Assembly (NCBI GenBank): GCA_965216325.1
Contig: OZ244160.1
Coordinates: 1,760,001-1,824,000, forward strand
Direction of reading: 5' to 3'
Source of the DNA: Coraliomargarita sp.
GTDB taxonomy: Bacteria; Verrucomicrobiota; Verrucomicrobiia; Opitutales; Coraliomargaritaceae
DNA: 64,000 nt
How positions within the stretch are numbered: the stretch's first letter is position 1; each line of letters starts with the position of its first letter. The position numbers and the translations under genes were made by a program. The notes under the pieces are model-generated. The model was not told the origin of the DNA. It saw nothing but the letters and a program-made list of their open reading frames with translations, and searched no databases. Of the stretch, positions 1 to 9,837 are shown one piece after another.

Positions 1-913
1 CCTCGGCGTCGGCCTTCTGTCCCGCAGTGTGGATGCGGAAGACCGCGATCGTATGATCGCCTCAATCGGGCCCTTCTGGGATGCCAACGAAACCTGGCTG
101 GTGCTCGGTGTCGGCCTCTTGCTCGTGGCCTTTCCGGTCGCACACGGCGTGGTGCTCACGAATCTCTACCTGCCAGTAGCCGTGATGATCATCGGTCTGA
201 TTTATCGAGGGGTCTCTTTCGACTTCCGCAAGAAAGTCGCTCCCAAACAACAGGACCGCTGGAACCGCAATTTCTTTCTCGGCTCACTGGTCGTCGCCCT
301 GAGCCAGGGCTATATGGTCGGACGCTTTATCATTGGCTTCAAGGAAGGCATCAGTGGACAAGTCTTCGCGGCCTTTTTCGGCCTGCTGGTAGTGGCGGGC
401 TACATCTTGATGGGCTCCTGCTGGTTGATTCTCAAAACCGAGGGCGAGCTTCAAACGAAAGCCGTGGGCTGGGCACGCAAAGCCATCTGGGTCATGGTTG
501 CCGGCGCGCTACTCAGCAGTCTGACCGCACCCTTCGTCGCAACGCGTATTTACGACCGCATGTTCTCCTTCCCGGAGGTGACGCTGCTCATAGCCATGCC
601 ACTGATCTCGATCATGCTGACCTTGTTGATGCACTTCATCTTGGGGATTCTACCAATGAAAGATGACCGCTTGGCATGGATGCCCTTTGCGATCTCAATC
701 GGTATCTTCGTCTTAGGCTTCCTTGGCCTAGTCTATAGTTTCTATCCCTACATCATTCCGGGGCACCTGTTGATCACCGAAGCAGCCGCAGCCCCCGAGT
801 CGCTAAAAGTCATTCTCTTTGGTGCCGCTTTCGTGTTGCCTGTAATGATCGGCTACACCGCACTCGCCTACTGGATCTTCCGCGGCAAAGCCAGCGAGCT
901 TAGTTATGACTGA
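1..913 (+). CDS. cydB: cytochrome bd ubiquinol oxidase subunit II (5' truncated by window edge)
   Basis: Multi-TM protein with the CydB motif IGPFWDANETWLVL...FP and a C-terminal IGYTALAYWIFRGK. The frame runs in from the window edge. Confidence 0.92.
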   Translation, partial: LGVGLLSRSVDAEDRDRMIASIGPFWDANETWLVLGVGLLLVAFPVAHGVVLTNLYLPVAVMIIGLIYRGVSFDFRKKVAPKQQDRWNRNFFLGSLVVALSQGYMVGRFIIGFKEGISGQVFAAFFGLLVVAGYILMGSCWLILKTEGELQTKAVGWARKAIWVMVAGALLSSLTAPFVATRIYDRMFSFPEVTLLIAMPLISIMLTLLMHFILGILPMKDDRLAWMPFAISIGIFVLGFLGLVYSFYPYIIPGHLLITEAAAAPESLKVILFGAAFVLPVMIGYTALAYWIFRGKASELSYD

Positions 914-917
914 GCTC

Positions 918-998
918 TGAACGTCGAACATTGAACACCCAACTTCGAACATCGAATAATTCATTATTCTACGTTCGACGTTCGATGTTCGATGTTCA
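918..998. repeat. heptamer tandem repeats arranged as an inverted repeat
   Basis: TGAACGT-CGAACAT-TGAACAC-CCAACTT-CGAACAT-CGAATAA, followed by the reverse-complement run ACGTTCG-ACGTTCG-ATGTTCG-ATGTTCA. Confidence 0.8.
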
Positions 999-1010
999 AA
1001 TTCTGTCAGC

Positions 1011-1511
<501 letters not shown>

Positions 1512-1523
1512 AGCGTTGCCCCA

Positions 1524-2198
1524 ATGATTCGCCTGCCAATTGCACTACTTGCCACGCTACTTTGCTTAGCCCAGCAAGTGGCATCGGCAGGCAACACCAA
1601 GCTGAGCGACTTCTCCAGCCTCGAAGGCTACCTCGCTTGCCTGTTGATCAATGAAGTCGCGTTCCCCGGGGAGCAGGGCTACATCAGCGAGCAGAACTCC
1701 ATGCAGGCGATGGAGAACATCCTCCTAGTGCTGGATGCACGCATCTTCCACGTGCCCAGCCCCTACACACGATTTCAAATCGCGCAGACCAGCTCGGACA
1801 AACTCTTGGATGTGATTACCGCTGGGGGCAAAAACGGCCAAGTGCAGGGCTTCTACCGCGATGCCGAAGGTTATGCGACCATGGACTCGAGGATCCCGAA
1901 GCGCATTCACTACCTCGAAGGCATCGCCAACGACGGAGCTCCCGGGCGCTTTGCTCGGCTACTGAATCATGGGACTCAATTGTCGATCAACTACATTGCC
2001 AAGCTACGCCGCCCAGAAAACCTCTTCGTCAACCTCCGCAAGGTCAACACGACTCCAGTCACCGGGCGCGCCTATTCCTGGATGACTGATCGCCATTACT
2101 ACCATTCCGGCGGCCGCTTCGTGCGCATTCCCAACAAACTGAACGGTTCACTCGGCGGCAACCGCTTCTTCACGCTGCAAGCGATCTCCACGCAATGA
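1524..2198 (+). CDS. secreted protein, possible SleB/Hydrolase_2-like cell wall hydrolase
   Basis: Signal peptide. The pattern LACLLINE...LLDVI...GQVQGF...LGGNRFF is reminiscent of SleB-type lytic transglycosylases. Confidence 0.5.
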   Translation: MIRLPIALLATLLCLAQQVASAGNTKLSDFSSLEGYLACLLINEVAFPGEQGYISEQNSMQAMENILLVLDARIFHVPSPYTRFQIAQTSSDKLLDVITAGGKNGQVQGFYRDAEGYATMDSRIPKRIHYLEGIANDGAPGRFARLLNHGTQLSINYIAKLRRPENLFVNLRKVNTTPVTGRAYSWMTDRHYYHSGGRFVRIPNKLNGSLGGNRFFTLQAISTQ

Positions 2199-3028
2199 AA
2201 GCCCTCACCTCCAGCCTACTTCTCCTCTTGAGCTTGGCACCTCTGAGTGCTCAGCCCTTTGAGCAAAGCTATGCCTACGAGTTGTTTCGCTACCTATATC
2301 GCTGGCACATGGACGATGCCATTCTAGGCGAAACATTCGTCAATATGGGCGACGTCGAAGTCTACTACCGTAGCGTCGAGCCCAAGCAACGTGACCAGAA
2401 CGACCGGTCCGAGTATCTCGAACTGTGGATCCCTTGCGCGAAACTCGAAGTCAGCCTCAAGCGCGCCGACTACAAGATCCCCAAGTTGGACGTCGAGATC
2501 AGCGACCAACACTACAAGGTCCTCTCCGCACAGCACTACAAGTCCGCCGAATTCGACCCAAGGCAGTTCAAGAAAGTCGTTTATGCGCACGACGCGCTCT
2601 TCGATCATCTCGACAAAACACGTAACGACGCGACCTTTCCCGAAGAGGCAACCCGCGAGCGGATCAGCAAAGAAGCAACTCGCATCCTGAAAGAACGCGG
2701 GCTGTATGATCCCGCTGTAATCAACGAAGCAGTCCAGTTTGGCTACGCGGCCCCCATCTCAATTGCGTCCAACGAACTCTGGTTTTACTGGGTCAACGGC
2801 CGGAAGTTCATCCGTTTCAACGCGGATATCAGTCATGAGCATCCCTCCTTCTGGAAGCTTGCCGACGCCAGTGTCGAAGTCATCGACGTCGACACCCAAG
2901 TCATCGTCTCACCACACGAGAAATCCCCACACGGTCATTTCACTAAAGACTACATTGGCCGCGTGCTTTTCAACTGCGTGGTGCACGGCCAACATTTGGT
3001 CATTCCGCGCGAAGAAGCAGTTGACTAA
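2195..3028 (+). CDS. secreted hypothetical protein
   Basis: 277-aa ORF with a signal peptide and an ATGA overlap with the upstream gene. Confidence 0.75.
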   Translation: MKALTSSLLLLLSLAPLSAQPFEQSYAYELFRYLYRWHMDDAILGETFVNMGDVEVYYRSVEPKQRDQNDRSEYLELWIPCAKLEVSLKRADYKIPKLDVEISDQHYKVLSAQHYKSAEFDPRQFKKVVYAHDALFDHLDKTRNDATFPEEATRERISKEATRILKERGLYDPAVINEAVQFGYAAPISIASNELWFYWVNGRKFIRFNADISHEHPSFWKLADASVEVIDVDTQVIVSPHEKSPHGHFTKDYIGRVLFNCVVHGQHLVIPREEAVD

Positions 3029-3648
3029 GCTTCCAGTGCTTCGGCCAAGTCGCAAAGCACCTCAGTCGCTTGCTCGAAGCGCTCACGAGTCTTGTCGTCT
3101 GCAATCAGACCGAGTTCGACCATCGAAAGCACACCCTTGCCGAGATAGAGTGTGGCCTTCGAGTTCTTCATCAAACCGAGCAAAGCGCGCTGCTCGGCCT
3201 CACCAAGAATCATCGCCAAGCGCACGCCATCGTTGGTGCGCACATCCACTGCGGCGTCAAATGCGTTGTCCCCACTCACCCAGCGGTTTTTCTGTCCGCT
3301 ATCGCGCTGTTGCATCTTGCCCAACAGGCCCGTGCTGGTCATCTGCATGCTGAGCTCGCTTTCAGCCAGCTGCAACTTGATCATGGTTTCACTTTGGCGG
3401 GTATTTTGCAGCCCCTGCCCCGGAGCCGAAATCGACAACTCGCGCCCACGGTAAGTCCCATGCACAAAGGGCTCCGGACGAAGAAACCCGCCCATCGATG
3501 GCTCCGGCACAGTGAGCTCCAACTCAAAGCGCTCTGACAACTTTTGGTATTGGTCGGCAATCTTCTGCGCAGATGCACGCAACATCCACCAAAACAGACC
3601 CGTGACACCCGCTGCCAGCAACACTGCGATAAGGATTTGAAAAAGCAT
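3025..3648 (-). CDS. membrane-anchored hypothetical protein
   Basis: 207-aa ORF with an N-terminal TM helix; it fills the gap between flanking genes. Confidence 0.7.
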   Translation of the reverse strand: MLFQILIAVLLAAGVTGLFWWMLRASAQKIADQYQKLSERFELELTVPEPSMGGFLRPEPFVHGTYRGRELSISAPGQGLQNTRQSETMIKLQLAESELSMQMTSTGLLGKMQQRDSGQKNRWVSGDNAFDAAVDVRTNDGVRLAMILGEAEQRALLGLMKNSKATLYLGKGVLSMVELGLIADDKTRERFEQATEVLCDLAEALEA

Positions 3649-3757
3649 ACCTTATGCTTGCTGACTCGATCAACGACTTGCGAGTTCTTTCTTCCTCAGC
3701 AAAGCAAGAGTAAGGGATTGCTCCACTCGCAAAAGAAAACATGCTCAGCCAATAACG

Positions 3758-4189
3758 ATGCTCAATTTGATGAAAGTTCTCCTGCTCACCGCCCTGCTCG
3801 GCACTGCCATTTTGGCAGGCTGTGCCAGCACCAAGAGCTCGCAGATGAGCCCGCAGGATCAGGCATTATTCAACGCTTACAGCCCACAGGAGCGCTATCT
3901 CATTCGATCGGGGAAGATTGATATCGGCTTTGACCAGGATCAGGTGCGCATGGCTTGGGGTGAGCCGGACAATGTGCGCTCATCAACCAACGCGAGTGGC
4001 ACTGCGCTCGTCTGGGAATACCACGAGCTCGAGCCCAACTACCGTGCCATCAGCGGTGCTGGTGCGACCATCAACCGTGGCTTCGATGCCGGTGTTGGTG
4101 TGGTCGGCAATCCCGTCAAACCGACCCTGCGCAAACGCGTTTATTTTGACCGGAGCACCCATGAAGTCTCCAAGTTTGAAACCTTTTAA
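3758..4189 (+). CDS. lipoprotein (weak SmpA/BamE-like segment)
   Basis: Lipobox ILAG-C and the segment [16 protein letters not shown]. The start may be at 3770. Confidence 0.7.
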   Translation: MLNLMKVLLLTALLGTAILAGCASTKSSQMSPQDQALFNAYSPQERYLIRSGKIDIGFDQDQVRMAWGEPDNVRSSTNASGTALVWEYHELEPNYRAISGAGATINRGFDAGVGVVGNPVKPTLRKRVYFDRSTHEVSKFETF

Positions 4190-4191
4190 CT

Positions 4192-5121
4192 ATGTCTGAC
4201 CAACGTCGCTACAGCAAAGAAGATTTCCTCACCCAGTTACACTGGGATGCACTGGACGCCGATTACCTGCGCCAACTCGTAGGCCTCGCCAAGATCGAAG
4301 ACCTCGCCGGAGCGGGTCTCGCCAAACGCCCCGAGCGACTGGGCGATGTGACCACCGCACTCATGCCCGAAGGCACAATGGGCAAAGCACTGCTCAAAGC
4401 CCGCGAGCCAATGGTCATCTGCGGACTCGGCATCATCCCCATCGTTCTAGATACCTACGGCGCAGGTTGTGAATTCGAAGCCACAGTAAGCGATGGCACC
4501 GATGTGCTGCGCGACGATGTGCTCGGCACCCTAAGCGGCCCATCCGAAGCACTGCTGCAAGCCGAGCGTGTGCTACTCAACTTCATCCAACATCTTTCCG
4601 GCATCGCAACCGAAACCCGCCAATACGTTGACGCCCTCGAGGGCAGCGAAACCGCATTGCTGGACACCCGTAAGACTCACCCCGGCTACCGTGCCTTGCA
4701 GAAATACGCCTTTGCCTGCGGTGGCGGTTACAACCACCGCATGGGCCTCTTCGACCGCGTCATGCTCAAAGACAATCATCTGGCGGTCGCCGGTGCAACC
4801 GGTGGCGAGCGCCTGACCGACACCGTTGCCATCGCACGCGCTGCCTGCGAGACACTCGCGATCGAGGTCGAAGTCGACAGCCTGGACCAAATTCCACCCG
4901 TGCTCGAAGCCGGCGCCGACATCATTCTGCTCGACAACTTCACCCCCGAAGAACTCAGCGAAGCGGTCGAACTGATCGATGGCCGTGCTTGCACCGAAGC
5001 CAGCGGCGGCGTGACCATCAACACCCTCCACCGCCTCGGCGACCTGGGACTCGACTTTATTTCAACCGGTGCCCCCGTGCACCAAAGCCGCTGGAAAGAC
5101 ATCGGCCTCGACTGGCAATAA
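4192..5121 (+). CDS. nadC: carboxylating nicotinate-nucleotide diphosphorylase (quinolinate phosphoribosyltransferase)
   Basis: Motifs AERVLLN, LDTRKT, HRMGL.D..MLKDNH, IEVEV, LLDN and EASGG. Confidence 0.96.
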   Translation: MSDQRRYSKEDFLTQLHWDALDADYLRQLVGLAKIEDLAGAGLAKRPERLGDVTTALMPEGTMGKALLKAREPMVICGLGIIPIVLDTYGAGCEFEATVSDGTDVLRDDVLGTLSGPSEALLQAERVLLNFIQHLSGIATETRQYVDALEGSETALLDTRKTHPGYRALQKYAFACGGGYNHRMGLFDRVMLKDNHLAVAGATGGERLTDTVAIARAACETLAIEVEVDSLDQIPPVLEAGADIILLDNFTPEELSEAVELIDGRACTEASGGVTINTLHRLGDLGLDFISTGAPVHQSRWKDIGLDWQ

Positions 5122-5135
5122 GCAATCCTCCCATC

Positions 5136-5198
5136 GTAGGGGCGAGCCTTGGCACGCCCGCTATTCGACACCCTGGGCGCGTCAAGTCGCGTCCCTAC
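5136..5198. repeat. REP-like GTAG...CTAC doublet
   Basis: GTAGGGGCGAGCCTTGGCACGCCC ... GGGCGCGTCAAGTCGCGTCCCTAC. The right arm is shared with the copy at 21296-21399. Confidence 0.75.
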
Positions 5199-5203
5199 AG
5201 ACA

Positions 5204-6229
5204 ATGACCGCAACAGACCAAGAATACAGCCAAGTCATTTGCTCGGACGACGAGTTTATCATCCTCAAAGCACTGCTCGAGGCCAAGGGCGAGTTCGTCT
5301 CCGGTAGCCTCCTGTCGGAGCAGCTCGGCGTTTCACGTCCTGCGGTCTGGGGCAAGCTGGAGAAGCTACGCACCAAAGGATTCGAATTTGAGGCCGTGCG
5401 TAACCGCGGCTACCGCCTCACCAAGCAGCCCGAAATTTTTCATCCGGCACTGTTCCGCTATGCACAGGAGCAACTCGGCAATCACACTGACCTCCTCTAC
5501 TTCCCGGTGATCGACAGCACCAACAACGAAGCGGATCGCCAGATCTCTTACCAACGGAAGAGTCCCTTTGCCGTCGCCTCCAGCTGCCAGACGAAGGGCC
5601 GTGGACGCCTCGGCCGCGAGTGGTATAGCGCCTCCGCCGATAACCTCTACCTCTCGGTGCTATTTGAGCCAAACTTGCCGCCGCCACTACTCCAGCATTT
5701 CACCCTGTGGGCCGGCATCACCATCTGCCGCGCGCTACAAAGCTTCGTGCCGAAAGCACCGCTCAAAATCAAATGGCCAAACGACCTGCACTGCGACGGG
5801 CGCAAGTTTGCCGGCATGTTAACTGAAGCTAAAATGGACGCCGATGGCCTCAAAACCATCGTCTTCGGCATCGGCATCAACCTGAACAGCAACCCGAACG
5901 AGTATCCCAAAGAACTGCGCAAACTGGCGACCAGCCTCTATGCAGTGAACGGTGAAGAGCTCCCACTCAACGAAGTAACCGCAGCAGTCCTCAATGCCAT
6001 CGAAGGTGCTTACGAACACTGTATCAATAATTCCGATACGTCTTCACTCAGCAAAGCGTGGGCTCCACTGGATGCACTGGATGGCCAACAAGTCACTGCA
6101 CGTATGGGCGATAAAGAAATTTCCGGTATAGCCAGTGGCATCGACGACAGCGGCGCGTTGCTACTGAGCCAGGCAGACGGCACGCTCGAAGCCGTGCGCG
6201 CGGGTGATGTCACTTTGAAGAAACGCTAG
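5204..6229 (+). CDS. birA: bifunctional biotin operon repressor / biotin-[acetyl-CoA-carboxylase] ligase
   Basis: N-terminal HTH ([18 protein letters not shown]) plus [19 protein letters not shown] and KFAGML. Start placed at ATG 5204. Confidence 0.95.
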   Translation: MTATDQEYSQVICSDDEFIILKALLEAKGEFVSGSLLSEQLGVSRPAVWGKLEKLRTKGFEFEAVRNRGYRLTKQPEIFHPALFRYAQEQLGNHTDLLYFPVIDSTNNEADRQISYQRKSPFAVASSCQTKGRGRLGREWYSASADNLYLSVLFEPNLPPPLLQHFTLWAGITICRALQSFVPKAPLKIKWPNDLHCDGRKFAGMLTEAKMDADGLKTIVFGIGINLNSNPNEYPKELRKLATSLYAVNGEELPLNEVTAAVLNAIEGAYEHCINNSDTSSLSKAWAPLDALDGQQVTARMGDKEISGIASGIDDSGALLLSQADGTLEAVRAGDVTLKKR

Positions 6230-6230
6230 C

Positions 6231-7001
6231 ATGAACATTCTCTGCATCGACGTTGGTAACACCAGCACCCATTACGGACTCGTAAAGGGACAAGCGGTCT
6301 CTGAAACCGGCGACTTCCGAACCAACAGCTTTCGCGATGGCCCCTCGCCGGAATTTGCCAAGCTCCTCGCAGACTCATTGGAACAAGCCGATGGCATCGC
6401 CTTTTGCTCCGTCGTGCCCAAGATCAACGATAACCTCCGCTCCAGTCTCAGCCATTCCGGTAAACGCATCTTTCACCTAACCTGCGATAGCTGCCCGGGC
6501 CTCGACCTTGCCTATCCCAAGCCAGAAGAGATCGGCCAAGACCGCATCGCCAACGCCATTGCGGCTCAGGAATACCATGGCGTGCCCGCGATCATCATCG
6601 ACATGGGCACCGCAGTGACCTTCGACATCGTCACCAGCCAAGGCTACGAAGGCGGCATTATCGCCCCCGGCCTCAAGGTCATGACCCGTTACCTGCACGA
6701 ACAAACCGCACTGCTTCCTGAGCTCGCCACTGAAGACCTCGTCGACGTCGAGGGAGCCATCGGTAAATCGACGGTGCATGCAATGAAGCTCGGGGTGGCA
6801 GTCGGTTTTTCCGGTATGATCGATGCGCTGCGCAAGCGAGTAGTTGCCGAGCTCAACGAACGCGGCGAACAAGACGCTGTGGTGCTTTCAACCGGTGGCA
6901 GTATTGCCAACCTCACCCAAGACTGGGCCGACAAAAGTGAGTTCGTCGAAAACCTCACCCTGATGGGCCTCGCGGTCGCCTTTGAACGCCAACATGGCTG
7001 A
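6231..7001 (+). CDS. coaX: type III pantothenate kinase
   Basis: Motifs [28 protein letters not shown] and TGG. Confidence 0.94.
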   Translation: MNILCIDVGNTSTHYGLVKGQAVSETGDFRTNSFRDGPSPEFAKLLADSLEQADGIAFCSVVPKINDNLRSSLSHSGKRIFHLTCDSCPGLDLAYPKPEEIGQDRIANAIAAQEYHGVPAIIIDMGTAVTFDIVTSQGYEGGIIAPGLKVMTRYLHEQTALLPELATEDLVDVEGAIGKSTVHAMKLGVAVGFSGMIDALRKRVVAELNERGEQDAVVLSTGGSIANLTQDWADKSEFVENLTLMGLAVAFERQHG

Positions 7002-7281
7002 ACCAACAGCAGTCGTTCATCAGCCGGAGCAGGCGCGCTTCATCATCCAACTCGAGGGTGAGCTCGCTCACTTGGACTACGCTTTGAATGGCAGTGTGAT
7101 GGACATCCATCACACCTTTGTGCCGCCCGCACTGCGCGGAAAAAATATTGCGGGGCAACTTGCCAAGGCCGCCTTCGATTATGCTGGGGGACAAGCGCTA
7201 CAGGTCATTCCCAGTTGCAGCTATATCACCCGCTACGCCGAGCGATACCCCGAAGCCGGCGCGTTGATTCAACAATCGTAG
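6994..7281 (+). CDS. small GNAT family N-acetyltransferase (YjdJ-like)
   Basis: [17 protein letters not shown] and IPSCSY. Confidence 0.88.
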   Translation: MAEPTAVVHQPEQARFIIQLEGELAHLDYALNGSVMDIHHTFVPPALRGKNIAGQLAKAAFDYAGGQALQVIPSCSYITRYAERYPEAGALIQQS

Positions 7282-7354
7282 GGGCTTCGCTTGCGGAGCC
7301 CACTCCAGCAGAATCGTTCACCCGACTTGCGGGCTTCGCAAGCAAAGCCCCTAC
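7278..7354. repeat. REP-like GTAG...CTAC doublet
   Basis: GTAGGGGCTTCGCTTGCGGAGCCC ... GGGCTTCGCAAGCAAAGCCCCTAC, near-identical to 22246-22308 and 29338-29397. Confidence 0.85.
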
Positions 7355-7396
7355 ACCTTTCTGAGCACACTACTTGCGTTAGCCCCAGTCCCGAGC

Positions 7397-8278
7397 ATGA
7401 TGAGCCGGATGTTAAAAGCGCTGTCTGCACTCCTTCTGGTTCTTACCCTATTACCGGCATCCCTTCTCGCCCAAAGCTCGGTTTGGAAAGTTTCCAAGGG
7501 CGATCAGTCACTGTATCTGGGCGGCACTTGCCACCTACTCCGTAAATCGGACTACCCGCTGCCGGCAGAGTTCGATCTGGCCTATGCGGCATCCGACACG
7601 CTGGTCTTTGAAATCGACCCTGCCGCTGCCGCCGATCCGACTTTCGGCATGATGCTCTTAGGCGCAGCAACCTACACCGATGGCCGCAGTCTGAAGTCCG
7701 TGCTCTCCGACGACGCCTATACCGCACTGGCCGAACAGGGTGCCGAGTCCAACCTCCCCGTCCAAGTCCTCAATAACATGAAGCCCGGTATGGCGGTCAT
7801 GATGATCACCATTCAAGAACTCACGAAGCTCGGGATCTCTGAGGAGGGCGTCGATATGCACTACGCCATGCAGGCGAAGCAAGACAACAAGCCAATCCTA
7901 GCCCTTGAGACGCCAGAGTTTCAAATCGACCTATTGGCCAACATGGGCGAAGGCTACGAGAGCGAGCTGGTCCTCTACAGTTTGAAAGACCTCGATAAGC
8001 TCGAGGAGTTCTTCGACCAACTCCTGCTCGCGTGGAAAGACGGCAATGTCACCCAACTGGAGAAACTCTTTGTCGACGACATGAAGGACTATCCGCAGCT
8101 CTATAAAGACATGCTGGTTGACCGAAACCAAAATTGGATTCCCAAGATCGAAGCCTATTTGCAAAGCCCCGAAACCGAATTCATCCTCGTCGGAGTCGGC
8201 CATGCTGCAGGCGACGATGGCCTCTTAGCACTGCTTAAAAACAAGGGCTACTCAGTCCAGCAAGTCGCCAAACCATAG
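7397..8278 (+). CDS. TraB/GumN family protein
   Basis: Signal peptide; WKV..G...YLGGTCH, GVD, LET, LVDRN..W and VGVGH. Confidence 0.9.
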   Translation: MMSRMLKALSALLLVLTLLPASLLAQSSVWKVSKGDQSLYLGGTCHLLRKSDYPLPAEFDLAYAASDTLVFEIDPAAAADPTFGMMLLGAATYTDGRSLKSVLSDDAYTALAEQGAESNLPVQVLNNMKPGMAVMMITIQELTKLGISEEGVDMHYAMQAKQDNKPILALETPEFQIDLLANMGEGYESELVLYSLKDLDKLEEFFDQLLLAWKDGNVTQLEKLFVDDMKDYPQLYKDMLVDRNQNWIPKIEAYLQSPETEFILVGVGHAAGDDGLLALLKNKGYSVQQVAKP

Positions 8279-8283
8279 AAGAA

Positions 8284-8350
8284 TGGAGGGACGACGTCCT
8301 CGTCGTCCACAACTAGACCTGATTCGGACCGCGAGGACGCGGTCCCTCCA
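8284..8350. repeat. REP-like inverted doublet
   Basis: TGGAGGGACGACGTCCTCGTCGTCC ... GGACCGCGAGGACGCGGTCCCTCCA between convergent genes. Confidence 0.7.
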
Positions 8351-9551
8351 CCAAATCAGAGCTCTTCACCACCAAGCCACTGCAGAAATAAGCCAGCGGC
8401 ACCGCCGTCATCAACGCCAGTAGCGCCCAAAAACCAGCCCAATTTGGCTCAGCCTCCACAATCTGCCACTGATAAATCAGTTCACACCCAAAGGCACCGA
8501 TTACACCCGCGACACTCACGGATAAAAAGGCATGAAGTGCCTGACCTTGCCCGCGCATCTCCTTCGGCACCCGCTTATCCAAAAACATGCGACCGGTCAC
8601 CATCATAAAGGCATAGATCGGCCCGTGCAGTGCGATCCCCAGCCAGATAATTTCAATCATACTGACTGCACCGGCCAAGGCAAACAGGCTAAAACGGGCT
8701 ACCCCCAGCGCCATCGCAACCACTAGGAACCAACGGATTCGAAAGCGCCCAGCGACCAAGCTGAGAAACAGCATCGCCAGGATCTCCGAACTCTGCCCCA
8801 GAGTCATCTGCCCCGACGGAAAACTACTGCCAAACTCCTTTAGCATCGTGGGTACCATCATGTAGAAGGCCACACAAGGAGCCGCAAACATCGCCGACGC
8901 GAGATAGAAGGCACGCAGCTCGCGATCCTTCAGCAATCCAAACGCATTCAAGCCCAAAGCAGCCCGCCAACCGCGGCTCTTCGAATCCGCCGGCGGTGTG
9001 GACGGCATCAAGAAGCACACAAAGCCCATCATCAAACGCACCGCCGCAGCGATCAAACCGGTCTCGGCCGAGGCATCCAGCGCGAGGAGACTCACCGTCC
9101 AACCTCCAGTGATCCAACCAATCGTCCCACACATCGAATACAGTGGAAAGCTCTTCTCCGCATTCGGTAAATTCGCCAACTTGATCTTCGTGATCAGCGG
9201 GAACATCGGCGCTGAGATAAAGGCATTGCAGCCCTGAAAAAATAAATACCAGCCCGGATGCCAGCCCCACTGCAGTGAGGCAAAGGCCAACCACAAAAAG
9301 CCGGCACCTGATATGGCAAGTATTCCCAGTAAAGTCTGCGCCTCCATTCTACGGTCTGAAAGCGCGCCAAAAAACAAGGCCGAGAACATCGCCAAAAATG
9401 GGCCAAGCGCCGTCGTATACGGTAAGACCCAGCGCGCATCATACGCTTCCAGTATATTCGGCAACGCCGGCAACCACATGCCCGGCGGAATGAACATCGC
9501 AAACATGACCACCCCCATCAGGTAGCGGCGGTGCTGGAGCGTCATGTTCAT
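8313..9551 (-). CDS. MFS transporter, nucleoside:H+ symporter (NupG/YegT-like)
   Basis: About 12 TM segments; FFGALSDRR, GTIGWI, MTLGQSSEI and GIALHG. Confidence 0.82.
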   Translation of the reverse strand: MNMTLQHRRYLMGVVMFAMFIPPGMWLPALPNILEAYDARWVLPYTTALGPFLAMFSALFFGALSDRRMEAQTLLGILAISGAGFLWLAFASLQWGWHPGWYLFFQGCNAFISAPMFPLITKIKLANLPNAEKSFPLYSMCGTIGWITGGWTVSLLALDASAETGLIAAAVRLMMGFVCFLMPSTPPADSKSRGWRAALGLNAFGLLKDRELRAFYLASAMFAAPCVAFYMMVPTMLKEFGSSFPSGQMTLGQSSEILAMLFLSLVAGRFRIRWFLVVAMALGVARFSLFALAGAVSMIEIIWLGIALHGPIYAFMMVTGRMFLDKRVPKEMRGQGQALHAFLSVSVAGVIGAFGCELIYQWQIVEAEPNWAGFWALLALMTAVPLAYFCSGLVVKSSDLVEGPRPRGPNQV

Positions 9552-9611
9552 TAGCCGCGTTCTAAGTCCACAGAAGTTAATGGCAAGCAGGCAGACTTTT
9601 TACTTTAAAAT

Positions 9612-9629
9612 AGTGAACATATTTATACT
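9612..9629. promoter_or_regulatory. putative SOS-like operator upstream of dinB
   Basis: Imperfect palindrome AGTGAACATATTTATACT; a similar site lies upstream of recA (62439-62456). Confidence 0.45.
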
Positions 9630-9653
9630 TAAAGTTGTCTCTTATCTTAACAG

Positions 9654-9730
9654 CTAGCGCAGGCGCGTCCCGCGCCGCACCGATCAAACAAGCATGGACT
9701 CAATGCGGAGCGTGGACGCTCCTACGCTAC
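9654..9730. repeat. REP-like doublet
   Basis: CTAGCGCAGGCGCGTCCCGCGCCGCA ... TGCGGAGCGTGGACGCTCCTACGCTAC. Confidence 0.6.
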
Positions 9731-9837
9731 CAACAGGACAGCACACCCTCATTTGGTCCGGTTCGCTACGCGCCCGGTCTTGTCGTCGCTTCGCTCCTCG
9801 GAACACTTTTCACCATCACTCTCACCTTCACTTCCGC

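Noticed and set aside
918..998. GAACA/TGTTC words as LexA boxes or a CRISPR array
   Set aside because: They are 7-bp tandem units without unique spacers, not in TGTTC-N4-GAACA arrangement, and no cas genes are nearby.
9694..9837. 48-codon N-terminal extension of the DinB ORF
   Set aside because: It runs through a REP-like element; DinB similarity starts at the GTG at 9838.
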